Part shown: one piece after another, positions 45,233 to 53,873 of the stretch | How positions within the stretch are numbered: the first letter of the stretch is position 1 | Layout of the letters: every line of letters begins with the position of its first letter | From: a virus | Taxonomy: Duplodnaviria; Caudoviricetes | Strand: one strand, 5' to 3' | IMG/VR virus record: IMGVR_UViG_3300017971_000342 | Coordinates: 1 to 53,873 of that record | Length of the DNA: 53,873 nucleotides | The notes under the pieces: model-generated | What the model saw: only the letters and a program-made list of their open reading frames with translations | Databases searched by the model: none | What the model was told of the DNA's origin: nothing | Translations under genes and position numbers: made by a program

Positions 45233-46468
45233 CTATTGCTGACAGATTGTTACTTGTTCCGATGCCCTCGTGATAGCAGTATAGAGCCAGCGCTTCGCGT
45301 CGCCACGGAAAACCCACCCCTCGTTGAATATAAAGACGTTCGGCCACTGCGATCCCTGGGCCTTATGCGTCGTGAGGGCATAGCCGTAGTCGAAGCACTG
45401 GGCTTCACCTATCTCCCAGTGGCGGAGCTCTTCTTCCCGCCCCTCGAAGTAATGTATGTGGGCCTCTACGTCGAGCGTTACATCGTCCTCCTCGTCGTGA
45501 ACTACCAGCCCGATCCTATCGTACCCATCCACGTACGATGCGTCTCTACAGGTCCACACGGTCCCGTTCAAGAGACCAACCTCGTGATCGTTACGGAGGC
45601 ACACGAGCCGATCATCAACCACTGGAGCAGGCTCAGCACCCCTGCCCAGAAGAGTCCGCATCTTGTGGTTGACGAACCGTCTGGTCTTGTTGCGACCGAC
45701 GAGTATCTGGTCCGCAGATCGCACTATCTCAGGGTCAGGCTTGCCGGACATGACCAGCGACTCCCCGTATCTCCCATCGATGAGGCTCTCACCGCGACGA
45801 ACTTTGGTCGCCAGATCGATGATCGGGTTGCCCCGCGCTTGCCGGTGGATTTCAGTGAGCATGATGTCCGGCTTCTTACCGGTGAAGAAGCCACCGCCCT
45901 TTACCGGCGGAAGCTGAGCCGGATCGCCGAGGACCAGCACCGGTGTGTCGAAGGAGAGTAGGTCTTGCCCCATACGGTCGTCAACCATGGAGCATTCATC
46001 GATGATGACAAGATCAGCGTCCTTCACGGCCGACTCTAGATTCAGGGAGAATGCCGGACGTTTGAGCTTTGCCTCTTCGATCTCCATCTCGTGCTTGATC
46101 AACTTGATTTCCCGATGGGCATCAATCTGTTCCTGAGTTGCCCCTTCGCTCTTCAGTTCATGAGCCACTTCCAACAAGTCTCGCTGTAGCTGGTGAAGCC
46201 TCTCCTTTGACCGCGATGAGGGGACGTAGATCATCTGGTGAATTGTCATCGCTCCAGGGCAGCCACGCTTTCGCATGACGGATGCCGCCTTGCCGGTGTA
46301 GGCTCCGAAGAGAACGCGACTGACTCCCTCGGCCAGGTACATGGCGAGAGTAGTCTTACCTGTACCAGCATAGCCAAACAACCGAAAGACCTGCTGGTCT
46401 TTGGTGTTCCTCAACCACCGATTTACCGCGTCGATCGCTTCCTGTTGTTGTCGGCCCCAGTTCATCAT
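45233..46468 (-). CDS. Dda/RecD-like SF1B helicase
   Basis: GYAGTGKT, IIDECSM, LGDPAQLPP, EIHRQ, TTHKAQGSQW, LYTAITRA. Confidence 0.93.
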   Translation of the reverse strand: MMNWGRQQQEAIDAVNRWLRNTKDQQVFRLFGYAGTGKTTLAMYLAEGVSRVLFGAYTGKAASVMRKRGCPGAMTIHQMIYVPSSRSKERLHQLQRDLLEVAHELKSEGATQEQIDAHREIKLIKHEMEIEEAKLKRPAFSLNLESAVKDADLVIIDECSMVDDRMGQDLLSFDTPVLVLGDPAQLPPVKGGGFFTGKKPDIMLTEIHRQARGNPIIDLATKVRRGESLIDGRYGESLVMSGKPDPEIVRSADQILVGRNKTRRFVNHKMRTLLGRGAEPAPVVDDRLVCLRNDHEVGLLNGTVWTCRDASYVDGYDRIGLVVHDEEDDVTLDVEAHIHYFEGREEELRHWEIGEAQCFDYGYALTTHKAQGSQWPNVFIFNEGWVFRGDAKRWLYTAITRASEQVTICQQ

Positions 46469-46547
46469 CTACTCCGTATAAGTAGCACCAGAATCGTAAG
46501 ACATATCGATATCTCCACGAAGATCTGCATCATATCGTCTCCCTATC

Positions 46548-46586
46548 CAAAAGTGGCAGCGCCTGCTGGGGTGGGCAGGCGCTGCC
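46548..46586 (-). terminator. Intrinsic terminator after the SSB gene
   Basis: Perfect 12-bp stem GGCAGCGCCTGC/GCAGGCGCTGCC followed by ACTTTT. Confidence 0.78.
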
Positions 46587-46610
46587 GTGGAGCGAGGGTG
46601 GAGGAGAGAT

Positions 46611-47438
46611 CTAGAAGACTTCGTCGCCGTCGCCTTCGGAACCGGTCACGCCGGTCTGCGAGGCGTGGTCGGCCTTGGCCAAGCCACCATGGACGGCTTC
46701 GACGAGGGCCTTACCCTCAACGAGCAGGCCTTCGAACGGAGTGCCGGGAAGGTTGACACTCTCCATGATCGACGTGCCGACGGCAGGCGTGATCTGGAAA
46801 TTCTTGAACGGCTGACCCTTCTTGTTCTTGTCGGGACAGGAAGTGATGCCGAGCCGGAAGGCATACATCGGAGGCTTTGCCTTGATCGTCTTGAGCGTGG
46901 TCATCAGGGCCTTGTACTTCTTGATCTTCGTCGACGTGAAAGCGATCACGATCGGCGTCGAAGACTCGGTCGCGTCAGCCGAATCGAGCAGCAGGCCGTA
47001 GATGTAGAAGGTTTCCTGAAGCTCGTGACCTTCGTCGGTCTTGAGGTCGTTGAACTTCGATGCCGCAGCCTTGGAAGCCTTGACGAACTCGGACGACGGC
47101 GCGTGCACACCGACGAACCCACCGCCATCGTCGCGGGGAATCCACTCGACGTAGACATGCTCGGTGGTACACGGCACAAAGTAGGCCGTCTCAGGAAGGA
47201 GTTCCCGAGTCACCGTATTGAAGAGACTTCCCTCCTTGGCGCCGATGATCTGCTTGGGACCGCCCTCCTCCTTCTCCGGGCTCAGCGCCTGCACCAGGCC
47301 CAGGAATGGGATGGCGATGTCGTCGGTGGTCTGGTTCTCGAAGCCAACACCGGCATGCTCACCGAAGTCAGCTTTCGCCAATGCGCTGGCGGCCTCGGCC
47401 TGTTTGGCCAACGCTGTTTGTTTCTTGTCTTCTGCCAT
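46611..47438 (-). CDS. Probable single-stranded DNA-binding protein
   Basis: GFEN...D..IPFL...QALSP, YVEW.PR..GGGFV motifs; acidic tail ending DGDEVF. Confidence 0.7.
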   Translation of the reverse strand: MAEDKKQTALAKQAEAASALAKADFGEHAGVGFENQTTDDIAIPFLGLVQALSPEKEEGGPKQIIGAKEGSLFNTVTRELLPETAYFVPCTTEHVYVEWIPRDDGGGFVGVHAPSSEFVKASKAAASKFNDLKTDEGHELQETFYIYGLLLDSADATESSTPIVIAFTSTKIKKYKALMTTLKTIKAKPPMYAFRLGITSCPDKNKKGQPFKNFQITPAVGTSIMESVNLPGTPFEGLLVEGKALVEAVHGGLAKADHASQTGVTGSEGDGDEVF

Positions 47439-47507
47439 TGTGTGTTCTCCTAAAGTGCGGCGGACCCTTTTACGTGCTCCGGCGCGGCTGCACGGCTCAC
47501 ATGAGCA

Positions 47508-48068
47508 TTAGTCTTTCGCGAGGCTGATCTTTGCAAACTTCTGCTCGAACACCCCGAACGTGTCTTGTGGTATGTCGCTGCCGGCCTCAAGTTGAGCCTT
47601 GACGAAGGCCGTCAGCGATGCCGCCTCAACCTTCATCTCCTGCTTTACGGCGACGCCGACTCCGCGCTCCCTCAGTTCCTTCAAGAGCTTCTTCGCTGCC
47701 TCTTCCTGACCAGTGTTGAAGGCCACCTGCACCGTTCGCTTGATAAGACCACCATGGCCGTTGTCGGTGAGCCACTTGAACGCCTTGGCCTTGCGGTCTC
47801 CGATGCTGGCACGAATCTTCTTCACGACTTCGACCTTTAGCCCTGCCGTAGACGTGAACTCCTCAAGCCCCAGGCTGACCATGAACTCGGGAAGATCGTA
47901 CTCCTCCAATTGCCTCTTCGCGGCCTGAGCTTTCTTCAGCGTCTCTTCGGCCTTCTCTACCTCTTCCTCAGCCTTGATGAGTTGCTGAATCAGCGTATCC
48001 AGCTTGGCGAACGCTTCTTCGCCTGGCTTGTTCTCCACCCTGAAATCGGCGAATGGGTCTTTTGCCAT
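47508..48068 (-). CDS. Conserved replication-region protein
   Basis: Coiled coil then LPE.M...G...F, AFKWL..NGHG.LIK, V...SL.AFVK; upstream of the SSB gene. Confidence 0.7.
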   Translation of the reverse strand: MAKDPFADFRVENKPGEEAFAKLDTLIQQLIKAEEEVEKAEETLKKAQAAKRQLEEYDLPEFMVSLGLEEFTSTAGLKVEVVKKIRASIGDRKAKAFKWLTDNGHGGLIKRTVQVAFNTGQEEAAKKLLKELRERGVGVAVKQEMKVEAASLTAFVKAQLEAGSDIPQDTFGVFEQKFAKISLAKD

Positions 48069-48072
48069 CTCG

Positions 48073-48297
48073 TCACCCCTTTGCTATGCACTGATGTGGA
48101 TCAAACTCGTTCGGGTCGCGGAACAAGTCCCTGATCATCCGTTCAATCAGCACCCTCTCGAGCCACTCCGGCATGTTCGGGTCTTCCGGCTCCGCAATCT
48201 CCGGGACTGAGAAAGTATAGCCCACCGGCTCGGCGTAGTGATAGAGACTGGCTGCGAGGCCCATTATAATCGGCAGTAGAATCAACAGTCGGATCAT
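48073..48297 (-). CDS. Small signal/TM protein
   Basis: MIRLLILLPIIMGLAA; ATGA overlap. Confidence 0.55.
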   Translation of the reverse strand: MIRLLILLPIIMGLAASLYHYAEPVGYTFSVPEIAEPEDPNMPEWLERVLIERMIRDLFRDPNEFDPHQCIAKG

Positions 48298-49748
48298 ATC
48301 CACTCCTTCAAGGTGTCGCCCGTTATGGAAGAGGCGATGTCCACCTTCTTCCGCAGGGACTCGATGATCTGCATATCCACGGTGCCGGCACAGCACAGAT
48401 CGATGTAGTTGACCGGATGCTCCTGACCAATACGGTGAGCTCGGTCCTCCGATTGAAGCCGGAGTTCTAAGTCAAAATAGTTGCTGTAGTAGATCACGGT
48501 GCGAGCCGCCACCAGGGTCACACCTGTGCCAATGGCCGCCGGAGACGCGATCAGGAACTGCTTGTCCCCTCGCTTGAACGCGTCCAGCGCCTCGCCTCTT
48601 CTGGGCCCTGTGACCCGACCGTCCACAACGACGCACTTGTTCTTCAAGTCCTTGTGCTGGCTGATGAGGTCTATGTCCCTGGAGAACCTTGCCCAGATAA
48701 TCGCTTGGTGGGAGAGGTCGCTGACGGTGTCAACCAACAGGTCGAGCCGTGGGTTGCCACCGGGAAGATCGCGGAGTGTTCGGTCATCATCGGACGTTGG
48801 TAAGTAGCCGCAGCAGATTTGCTGGAACCGTAGAAGCCGGACGATAGCCAGCATGGCCGTTATGTCGCCGGATTCCAGTTCACAGACGAAGTCATCCTTG
48901 AGTTCTTTGTAGGCCCTTGTCTGTGCAGGCGTCAGATCGTAGTATCGCTTGGAGAAAACCTTCGGCGGCAGATCGAGCACTTCATCCTTGGTCACGCGAC
49001 TACCGAGCTCATGGGTGAGCTGGTTCAATATCTCCAGATTCTTGTACGCAACGCAGTGAGGGAAGGTTCTCTCCTCGCTGCCTCGTAGATGCCGTTGCTC
49101 CCAGATACCGAAGAACTGTTTGAAGGCCGAGAAGTCTCGAATCCCGTACGGATGCCACACATCTGGCTTCAGGAACCGTAGTTGGTTGTAGATGTCGAAT
49201 GGAGAGTTGGTCACCGGAGTCCCGGACAGGACGCGTCGGTAGGGAGCTCCCACCGTTGCGGAGCCGAGGATACGCTTTGACCACTTCGCATTGGGATTCT
49301 TCACACGCTGGCTCTCGTCAAGAACGTACATGCACCGGCGCTGTTTGAGGAAGGCTTTCCAGGCGTCACGACCACGGTTTGTCCACACCGCGTTGTACGC
49401 CATGACCAAGCAGGCGAGGCCCCGATGCTTCAAGGCATACTCAAACGACCGCATGTGCTTCTTGGTGCCGGTCGAGTACCAGATGTGGGATTGCATGCGT
49501 TCGGCGACGTGGTCTGGCATGTGAGCTACGATCTCGTCGGAGACCCAGTTGCGGTGCACGCCGTTCGGCGCTATCACCATCAGGCCATCTATCTCCTTCT
49601 CGCCGTAGAGGTAGGCCGTAGAGTCAATGACCGGCTTGGTCTTACCACAACCCTGCTCCCAGAATAGGCCGCGAGCGAAGTCCTGACCGTGACGAGTGAA
49701 CTCCTCGTGTTGGTGGTCGAACGGTTTGGTCTTGTACTTGTAGGTCAT
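48294..49748 (-). CDS. SNF2-like SF2 helicase
   Basis: EQGCGKT, VLDES, LSGTP, QSEDRAHRIGQ. Confidence 0.93.
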   Translation of the reverse strand: MTYKYKTKPFDHQHEEFTRHGQDFARGLFWEQGCGKTKPVIDSTAYLYGEKEIDGLMVIAPNGVHRNWVSDEIVAHMPDHVAERMQSHIWYSTGTKKHMRSFEYALKHRGLACLVMAYNAVWTNRGRDAWKAFLKQRRCMYVLDESQRVKNPNAKWSKRILGSATVGAPYRRVLSGTPVTNSPFDIYNQLRFLKPDVWHPYGIRDFSAFKQFFGIWEQRHLRGSEERTFPHCVAYKNLEILNQLTHELGSRVTKDEVLDLPPKVFSKRYYDLTPAQTRAYKELKDDFVCELESGDITAMLAIVRLLRFQQICCGYLPTSDDDRTLRDLPGGNPRLDLLVDTVSDLSHQAIIWARFSRDIDLISQHKDLKNKCVVVDGRVTGPRRGEALDAFKRGDKQFLIASPAAIGTGVTLVAARTVIYYSNYFDLELRLQSEDRAHRIGQEHPVNYIDLCCAGTVDMQIIESLRKKVDIASSITGDTLKEWI

Positions 49749-50514
49749 GAGAATTGGCAGAGGCACATCCCGACGACATCAACGAATCGATAGGCCACGA
49801 TAACACGGCTTCTGGCCGCGTCGTCCATGAAACCGTCGATATGGCGAACGTGACCGGCGCTTGGGTCTAGATGGGTCTGCCCTATCTCCTCTGCCTCAGC
49901 CCACTCGTCAGAGTTTCTGTTCTCGTGGTCGGTCCATGCGTTGAGCTCTGCCATCAACGTAGCCTGGAGGCCGAAGATCTGCACCACCTGTCCGTTGTCC
50001 TTCTCGATCGTGAGTCGCCATACACTGTCCATCGTGGTCTCCTAAGAAAGGTTTGTGACCTATCTTACCCACCTACAGGACGAAGTCGTACAGCCTGTTC
50101 CGTACCTCCCTACAGCACTCTGCTCGAATCGCGTGCAGGATGCTGGAGCCCTCGGCGTCCACCCAGGCCGGAACCGCCTCGGAGTTCGCCAGGAAGTCCT
50201 CCTGGATACACTCCACGGCTTCCTCTAGACCCATCGTACAGACGACTTCGACGTCCTCCGACGGTGGTTCGCCGGGATCGCCGTTCCGAGCGTATCGGCT
50301 CCCAGGGCTGTATTCGTAGGACAGGGAGAACGGAACCTCGTGGATTTCAAACTCCCTGTCGTGCAGCTCCACTGTTATCCGGATCGAGCTATCCAACTGC
50401 ATGATAGATCTCCTGACCGATTTCGATCGCCTTCATGACAGCGCCTTGCAGCCGGTCCCAACCGAGGGCCCCAAGAAGCAGGCCGCAGAGTACTCCTTCC
50501 AGGAACCGGATCAC
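49745..50514 (-). other. Three small genes (49745..50032, 50073..50402, 50389..50514)
   Basis: Minus-strand ORFs with RBS or overlaps. Confidence 0.55.
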
Positions 50515-51032
50515 GGTCGCACCTTGTTGACGAGCCAGCCGAGGAAGACGTCCGTGCTGTACCCAGCGTCCATGAAGGCTCCCTGAATCGCCTCCTCCGG
50601 CGTGTCCTCTGGGCAATAGACTGCCAGGACGCGTTCGCCGTCACGGTCAAAGTCCTCAACCGAAAGGACTCCGATGTCGTGGCGCCGGCAGAACCACCAC
50701 AGGTCGATCTGATCTCGCCCAGGGCGTCCACCATCTGACTCCTTGATAAGGCCCAGGGTGACGGTGCGGTGTGACCGGACTCCCTCAAGGGTCCGCTTGA
50801 GAGTTCGGCCGATTTGCTCGTCTGTCATCGTGAGGTAGTGGGCCATGATGAAGGCGTCCTCCTCAGATGTGTAGAGTTCGCCACGTCGGTCGGCCCCACG
50901 GCGCGTGGCTTCGTTGCGTGCAGTTTCGCGGTCGGCGAGGCACCGATGGCAGACACGACCCCGGTTGGGGAAATCTCCAAAGGGCTTCTCTTTGTTGCAC
51001 TGACTGCACGTCATGATGGCTACTGTCCCCAT
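50511..51032 (-). CDS. Zinc finger plus Myb/HTH-like protein
   Basis: CSQC...CHRC; YTSEEDAFI...MTDEQIG..LKRT..GV; ATG 51032 after AGGAG. Confidence 0.65.
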   Translation of the reverse strand: MGTVAIMTCSQCNKEKPFGDFPNRGRVCHRCLADRETARNEATRRGADRRGELYTSEEDAFIMAHYLTMTDEQIGRTLKRTLEGVRSHRTVTLGLIKESDGGRPGRDQIDLWWFCRRHDIGVLSVEDFDRDGERVLAVYCPEDTPEEAIQGAFMDAGYSTDVFLGWLVNKVRP

Positions 51033-51140
51033 GTTCTCTCCTAGCAAAGTGCCGCGAAGCAGAGAATCGGCAGCACAACCCAGTGCCAGGCCCATTCTCG
51101 CCACTTGCGACGACGGTTGATTTTGCAGAACGCACACATC

Positions 51141-51284
51141 TTACTTCTGCCCCAGGACGCTGACGGCCTCATTCCAGCGAGCCTCGGTTTCACGGCTCTG
51201 AGCACCAGCCCACTTACCAAGGGCGACACCGCTCCAGATCAGGGCGACCAGCGTTATCGTGATGACGGTCAGTTTCGTTTTCAT
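51141..51284 (-). CDS. 47-aa membrane-anchored peptide (not in the track)
   Basis: MKTKLTVITITLVALIWSGVALGKWAG...; first ORF after promoter copy B, GGAG RBS. Confidence 0.55.
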   Translation of the reverse strand: MKTKLTVITITLVALIWSGVALGKWAGAQSRETEARWNEAVSVLGQK

Positions 51285-51290
51285 CGTAGT

Positions 51291-51348
51291 TCTCCATTGA
51301 GCACCATTGCTCTACGTAAAGCATACGTTACATCTGGAGGAAGCCAAA
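51291..51348 (-). promoter_or_regulatory. Early-type promoter plus leader hairpin (copy B)
   Basis: TTTGG-18-TATGCT-TTACGTA-GAGCA-ATGG-TGCTC-AATGGAG. Confidence 0.75.
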
Positions 51349-51812
51349 TCAAATCTCCGGTTTTCCCGGCCCTTTCTGCTGTGCCTCGAGCAAGAGCTCC
51401 AGGCCGATGTTCTGCTGGTACATGTGGCCTCGGCCCTGCACCTTAGACGGCGCTGCTCCGTGAGCCTTCACCGTTCGCTTACACTTCGGGCACCGTACGA
51501 TGTTGGCGTGGACGAGGGTTGTCTCGAAGAAGTCCTGGCACGTTTGGCACCACCATCGGGTTGTTCCTGGCCGTAGCATTATTTCCACACTCCTGTCTCT
51601 ACGATGTCGGCTCCAGCTGTGCCACCGTCCTTTGGCCGATACTTAGGACAATGGTATCCCTCTGTGTAGGCAATGTCCTCCTTAGTGACTCCCTTGCCCC
51701 TGATAGAACCAAACGGGCAGGAGCTACAGGAACACTCATCCCGTTTGTTGCAGTACTGACTGACCACGTCGGTCAGCCGGTATTTCTTGCGTTGTCCTCC
51801 AAGATTGAACAT
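51349..51812 (-). other. Two small Cys-rich genes (51349..51588, 51579..51812)
   Basis: CxxC pairs; GGAG RBSs. Confidence 0.55.
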
Positions 51813-51821
51813 AGCCAGCTC

Positions 51822-51853
51822 CAAAGAGGGCGGTGAGCCGAAGCCCACCGCCC
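51822..51853 (-). terminator. cUUCGg tetraloop terminator after DUF932
   Basis: GGGCGGTGGGC-TTCG-GCTCACCGCCC then TCTTT. Confidence 0.75.
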
Positions 51854-51865
51854 CGTGAAAGGGTC

Positions 51866-52909
51866 TTAGCTTGCCAGCACGAGGGCCTTCTTGAAGGCCA
51901 CGAGCTTCTGCTGGTTCGAGGTTCCGAAGAGGTTGCTGTGGGCACGACCCTGGCTCTCGGCCACCGGCAGGAACCGACCGCGCTGGTGGTCGTGGTATTC
52001 CGAGACCGCGTTGTAGGCAGCCCACGCTGTGCCGGCGATACCGGTGATCGTCTGGCGTTCGTTGTTGAAGTTGTTCTCCCAGCCGGCAATGATCTCGTCA
52101 CGCTTGGCGATCTGCCGCATGAACCGCTGGCTTGCCTTGGTGTCGTCATCATCCGGAGCCGTATCCGGCACCACGCCGAAGGTCGCGTCGTAGCAGGCAC
52201 GGAAGTAGCCGGTGACCTCGTCCTTGTTCAGGTGCTTTGCAGCGAGGACTCTCACCTGGGCCTCGAACCGGGCACTTTCCTGGGTGATGAGGCCCAGGGC
52301 GAGGCGAGCGTGGTCGATCTTGGTGGTGATGTCGCCGGTGTGCTGGAACTGGATGCCGCGAGCGATGTCCCGCTCGGACATACGGAGCGTGTTGGCGCAG
52401 ACGACCCGGACCGAAGTCGGGTAGATCTGGAAGGCGCTGCTGCCGTCGTGGCTGTTGCGGATGAGGATATACTGCTCGAGGACGTCACCGTCCACCACTT
52501 CGATGTCCTTCGGGAGCTTGACCAGCCCAAAGACGCAGCGACCGTTGCGGAGGGAGCCAGCCGTCTCGACCGACACCTTCTTGTCCACCTCAACCAAGGC
52601 GTCGGCGAACTCCGCCAGCGTCCGGTTGCTGATCGGCTTGTAGCCGGAGCCCACAACGCCGAGCTCTTGGAGCGTGTCCTTCCGGACGTGGACGCAGTGG
52701 CTCTTGACGCGGAACTGCTTCTGCTTCCCGTCGACCTTATGGGTGGCGAACAACGGAAGGAGCTCCGTTTCCCAGCCGAGGCCGATTTGCTCGAAGGCTT
52801 CCCAGGTTCCAAGACCGTCCGGGATTTCCACTCCGAGGCCGTGCCAGGCTCTCTGGCCATGCTCACGGACCTCACCAAAGACGTCTTGTGCTTCGATTTC
52901 GTGTGCCAT
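51866..52909 (-). CDS. DUF932 (LGT_TIGR03299) family protein
   Basis: AWHGLG, ETAGSLRNG, NSHDGS, RVVCANTL, GTAWAAYNAVSEY.DH. Confidence 0.93.
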   Translation of the reverse strand: MAHEIEAQDVFGEVREHGQRAWHGLGVEIPDGLGTWEAFEQIGLGWETELLPLFATHKVDGKQKQFRVKSHCVHVRKDTLQELGVVGSGYKPISNRTLAEFADALVEVDKKVSVETAGSLRNGRCVFGLVKLPKDIEVVDGDVLEQYILIRNSHDGSSAFQIYPTSVRVVCANTLRMSERDIARGIQFQHTGDITTKIDHARLALGLITQESARFEAQVRVLAAKHLNKDEVTGYFRACYDATFGVVPDTAPDDDDTKASQRFMRQIAKRDEIIAGWENNFNNERQTITGIAGTAWAAYNAVSEYHDHQRGRFLPVAESQGRAHSNLFGTSNQQKLVAFKKALVLAS

Positions 52910-52925
52910 GATTTCTCCCTTTCAC

Positions 52926-53198
52926 TTAGCTGTTGTCAGCGATTTGTTCGATCACGCGACCCAGGTCGCAGATTTCACTGTTCGTTACGTTGGCGACACC
53001 CTTGCCGCCTCTACCTTTACGCTCACCGACAACCTTCACCAGGATGGCGTTGGCGACCACCCAGGCCTGGTCATCGTCGCCAGCCGCAGCGTCTACGATG
53101 AAATGGCCGTTGATCCAGACGCGAACCACGCCGCGACCCTTATTCTCCAGCTCAACCTCCGAAACGCTGATTTTCAAGGTGGCTTTTACGAGCTTCAT
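52926..53198 (-). CDS. Hypothetical protein
   Basis: First gene after promoter copy C. Confidence 0.65.
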   Translation of the reverse strand: MKLVKATLKISVSEVELENKGRGVVRVWINGHFIVDAAAGDDDQAWVVANAILVKVVGERKGRGGKGVANVTNSEICDLGRVIEQIADNS

Positions 53199-53212
53199 GA
53201 CTTTGCCTTTCG

Positions 53213-53264
53213 TTGAGCACTATTGCTCTACTAAAAGTATAAACTACATCTGGCAGAAGCAAAA
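53213..53264 (-). promoter_or_regulatory. Early-type promoter plus leader hairpin (copy C)
   Basis: TTTTGC-17-TATACT-TTTAGTA-GAGCA-ATAG-TGCTC-AA. Confidence 0.75.
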
Positions 53265-53281
53265 CGAGATGGTCAAAATTC

Positions 53282-53548
53282 CTACAGAAGAGGATGATTT
53301 TCCCACTCGGCGTTTGCCATGGTGTAGAGCTGATCAGCGAACTCATCCGCAAACCGGCAGGCGTTGGGAAGGCCCTCTCGTTCCAAGTCAGGGCAGATAT
53401 CCTCAAGCGCCGTGGCCAGATTCTCGAGCAGCCCACGGTCGGCATTGGTCATAGCCAGAGTCAGGAGCTTGGCAAAACCGCGAGGAGTCATGACGCTGCC
53501 GCGAGGAAGGTCGATTCCGAGATTGACGGTTTTGGTTTCAGTTGCCAT
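53282..53548 (-). CDS. Hypothetical protein
   Basis: ATG 53548 after AAGGA; follows promoter copy D. Confidence 0.65.
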   Translation of the reverse strand: MATETKTVNLGIDLPRGSVMTPRGFAKLLTLAMTNADRGLLENLATALEDICPDLEREGLPNACRFADEFADQLYTMANAEWENHPLL

Positions 53549-53562
53549 GGTTATCCTTTCAG

Positions 53563-53614
53563 CTAGAGTTCTCTTCTCTACGTAAAGTATAACCAACAGA
53601 TGCTGAAAGCAAAA
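53563..53614 (-). promoter_or_regulatory. Early-type promoter (copy D)
   Basis: TTTTGC-17-TATACT-TTACGTAGAG. Confidence 0.72.
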
Positions 53615-53632
53615 CAGTTTCTTGAAATTCTA

Positions 53633-53873
53633 CGACTCTACCTTCGCAAGGTAGAGTCAAGGTAGAGTCGCACGTAAGTCTAGTGCTGGAGTGAGCAGAC
53701 TCTACGTACTCTACCTACTCTACCTTGAAAGAGAGAATAAGGTATCGAATCGCCGCTGGAGAGTCGACTTCTCTGGGCCTGTGGAAGTTGAGACAAGGTA
53801 GAGTCAGTAGAGTCCGCGAAGTCGACTGGGCCACTCACCGCGATAAGGAGAATCCAGAACTCTGTATTCCGAC
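53633..53873. repeat. ACTCTAC iteron element, copy 2 (direct orientation, truncated or degenerate right arm)
   Basis: Three blocks identical to 19075-19256 at a constant offset of 34558; 8 cores; ends in ATTCCGAC like copy 1. Confidence 0.92.

Noticed and set aside
53633-53873. Copy 2 as a simple terminal repeat or assembly overlap
   Set aside because: Spacers differ in sequence from copy 1 and copy 1 is internal, so it is not an exact duplication. A chimeric join remains possible and needs read checking.
1-53873. tRNA genes, integrase/att, DGR or reverse transcriptase, stop-codon recoding
   Set aside because: None seen by eye; core genes are full length with TAA, TAG and TGA all used as stops. 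tRNAscan-SE and Infernal were not run.

Overview
About 54 kb of a GC-rich tailed dsDNA phage with a long non-contractile tail. Gene order resembles YuA/M6/phiJL001-like phages; this and all family calls come from motif recognition, not database searches. Almost all genes are on the minus strand. In transcription order (right to left): early small genes and DUF932, SNF2-type helicase, SSB, Dda/RecD-like helicase, class II RNR, a thymidine-modification cluster (aGPT-Pplase1-like protein, TAGT-like glycosyltransferase, HNH, dUMP-specific ThyA-fold enzyme, HD hydrolase, Nmad1-like protein, NUDIX), PolA, phosphoesterase, P-loop kinase plus 2H phosphoesterase, dCMP deaminase, primase-helicase, an accessory region (zincin, MTase, divergent sigma-70, permuted GHKL ATPase, dUTPase, ligase), then terS, terL, portal, head, neck and tail genes, ending in a tape measure gene cut by the window edge. 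No integrase, tRNA, CRISPR array or endolysin was seen. Most notable observations: (1) a hydroxymethyluracil-type pathway with a glycosyltransferase but without the amino-acid transferase/PLP/rSAM enzymes, suggesting a sugar-modified thymidine; (2) a ~180-260 bp ACTCTAC iteron element present twice, 34.6 kb apart, with exactly conserved spacer lengths but diverged spacer sequence; (3) a repeated CAUG-loop hairpin in the scaffold and capsid leaders; (4) a dispersed promoter plus stem-loop family, one copy driving an inverted gene cassette inside the head module; (5) a clear -1 frameshift site in the tail chaperone.
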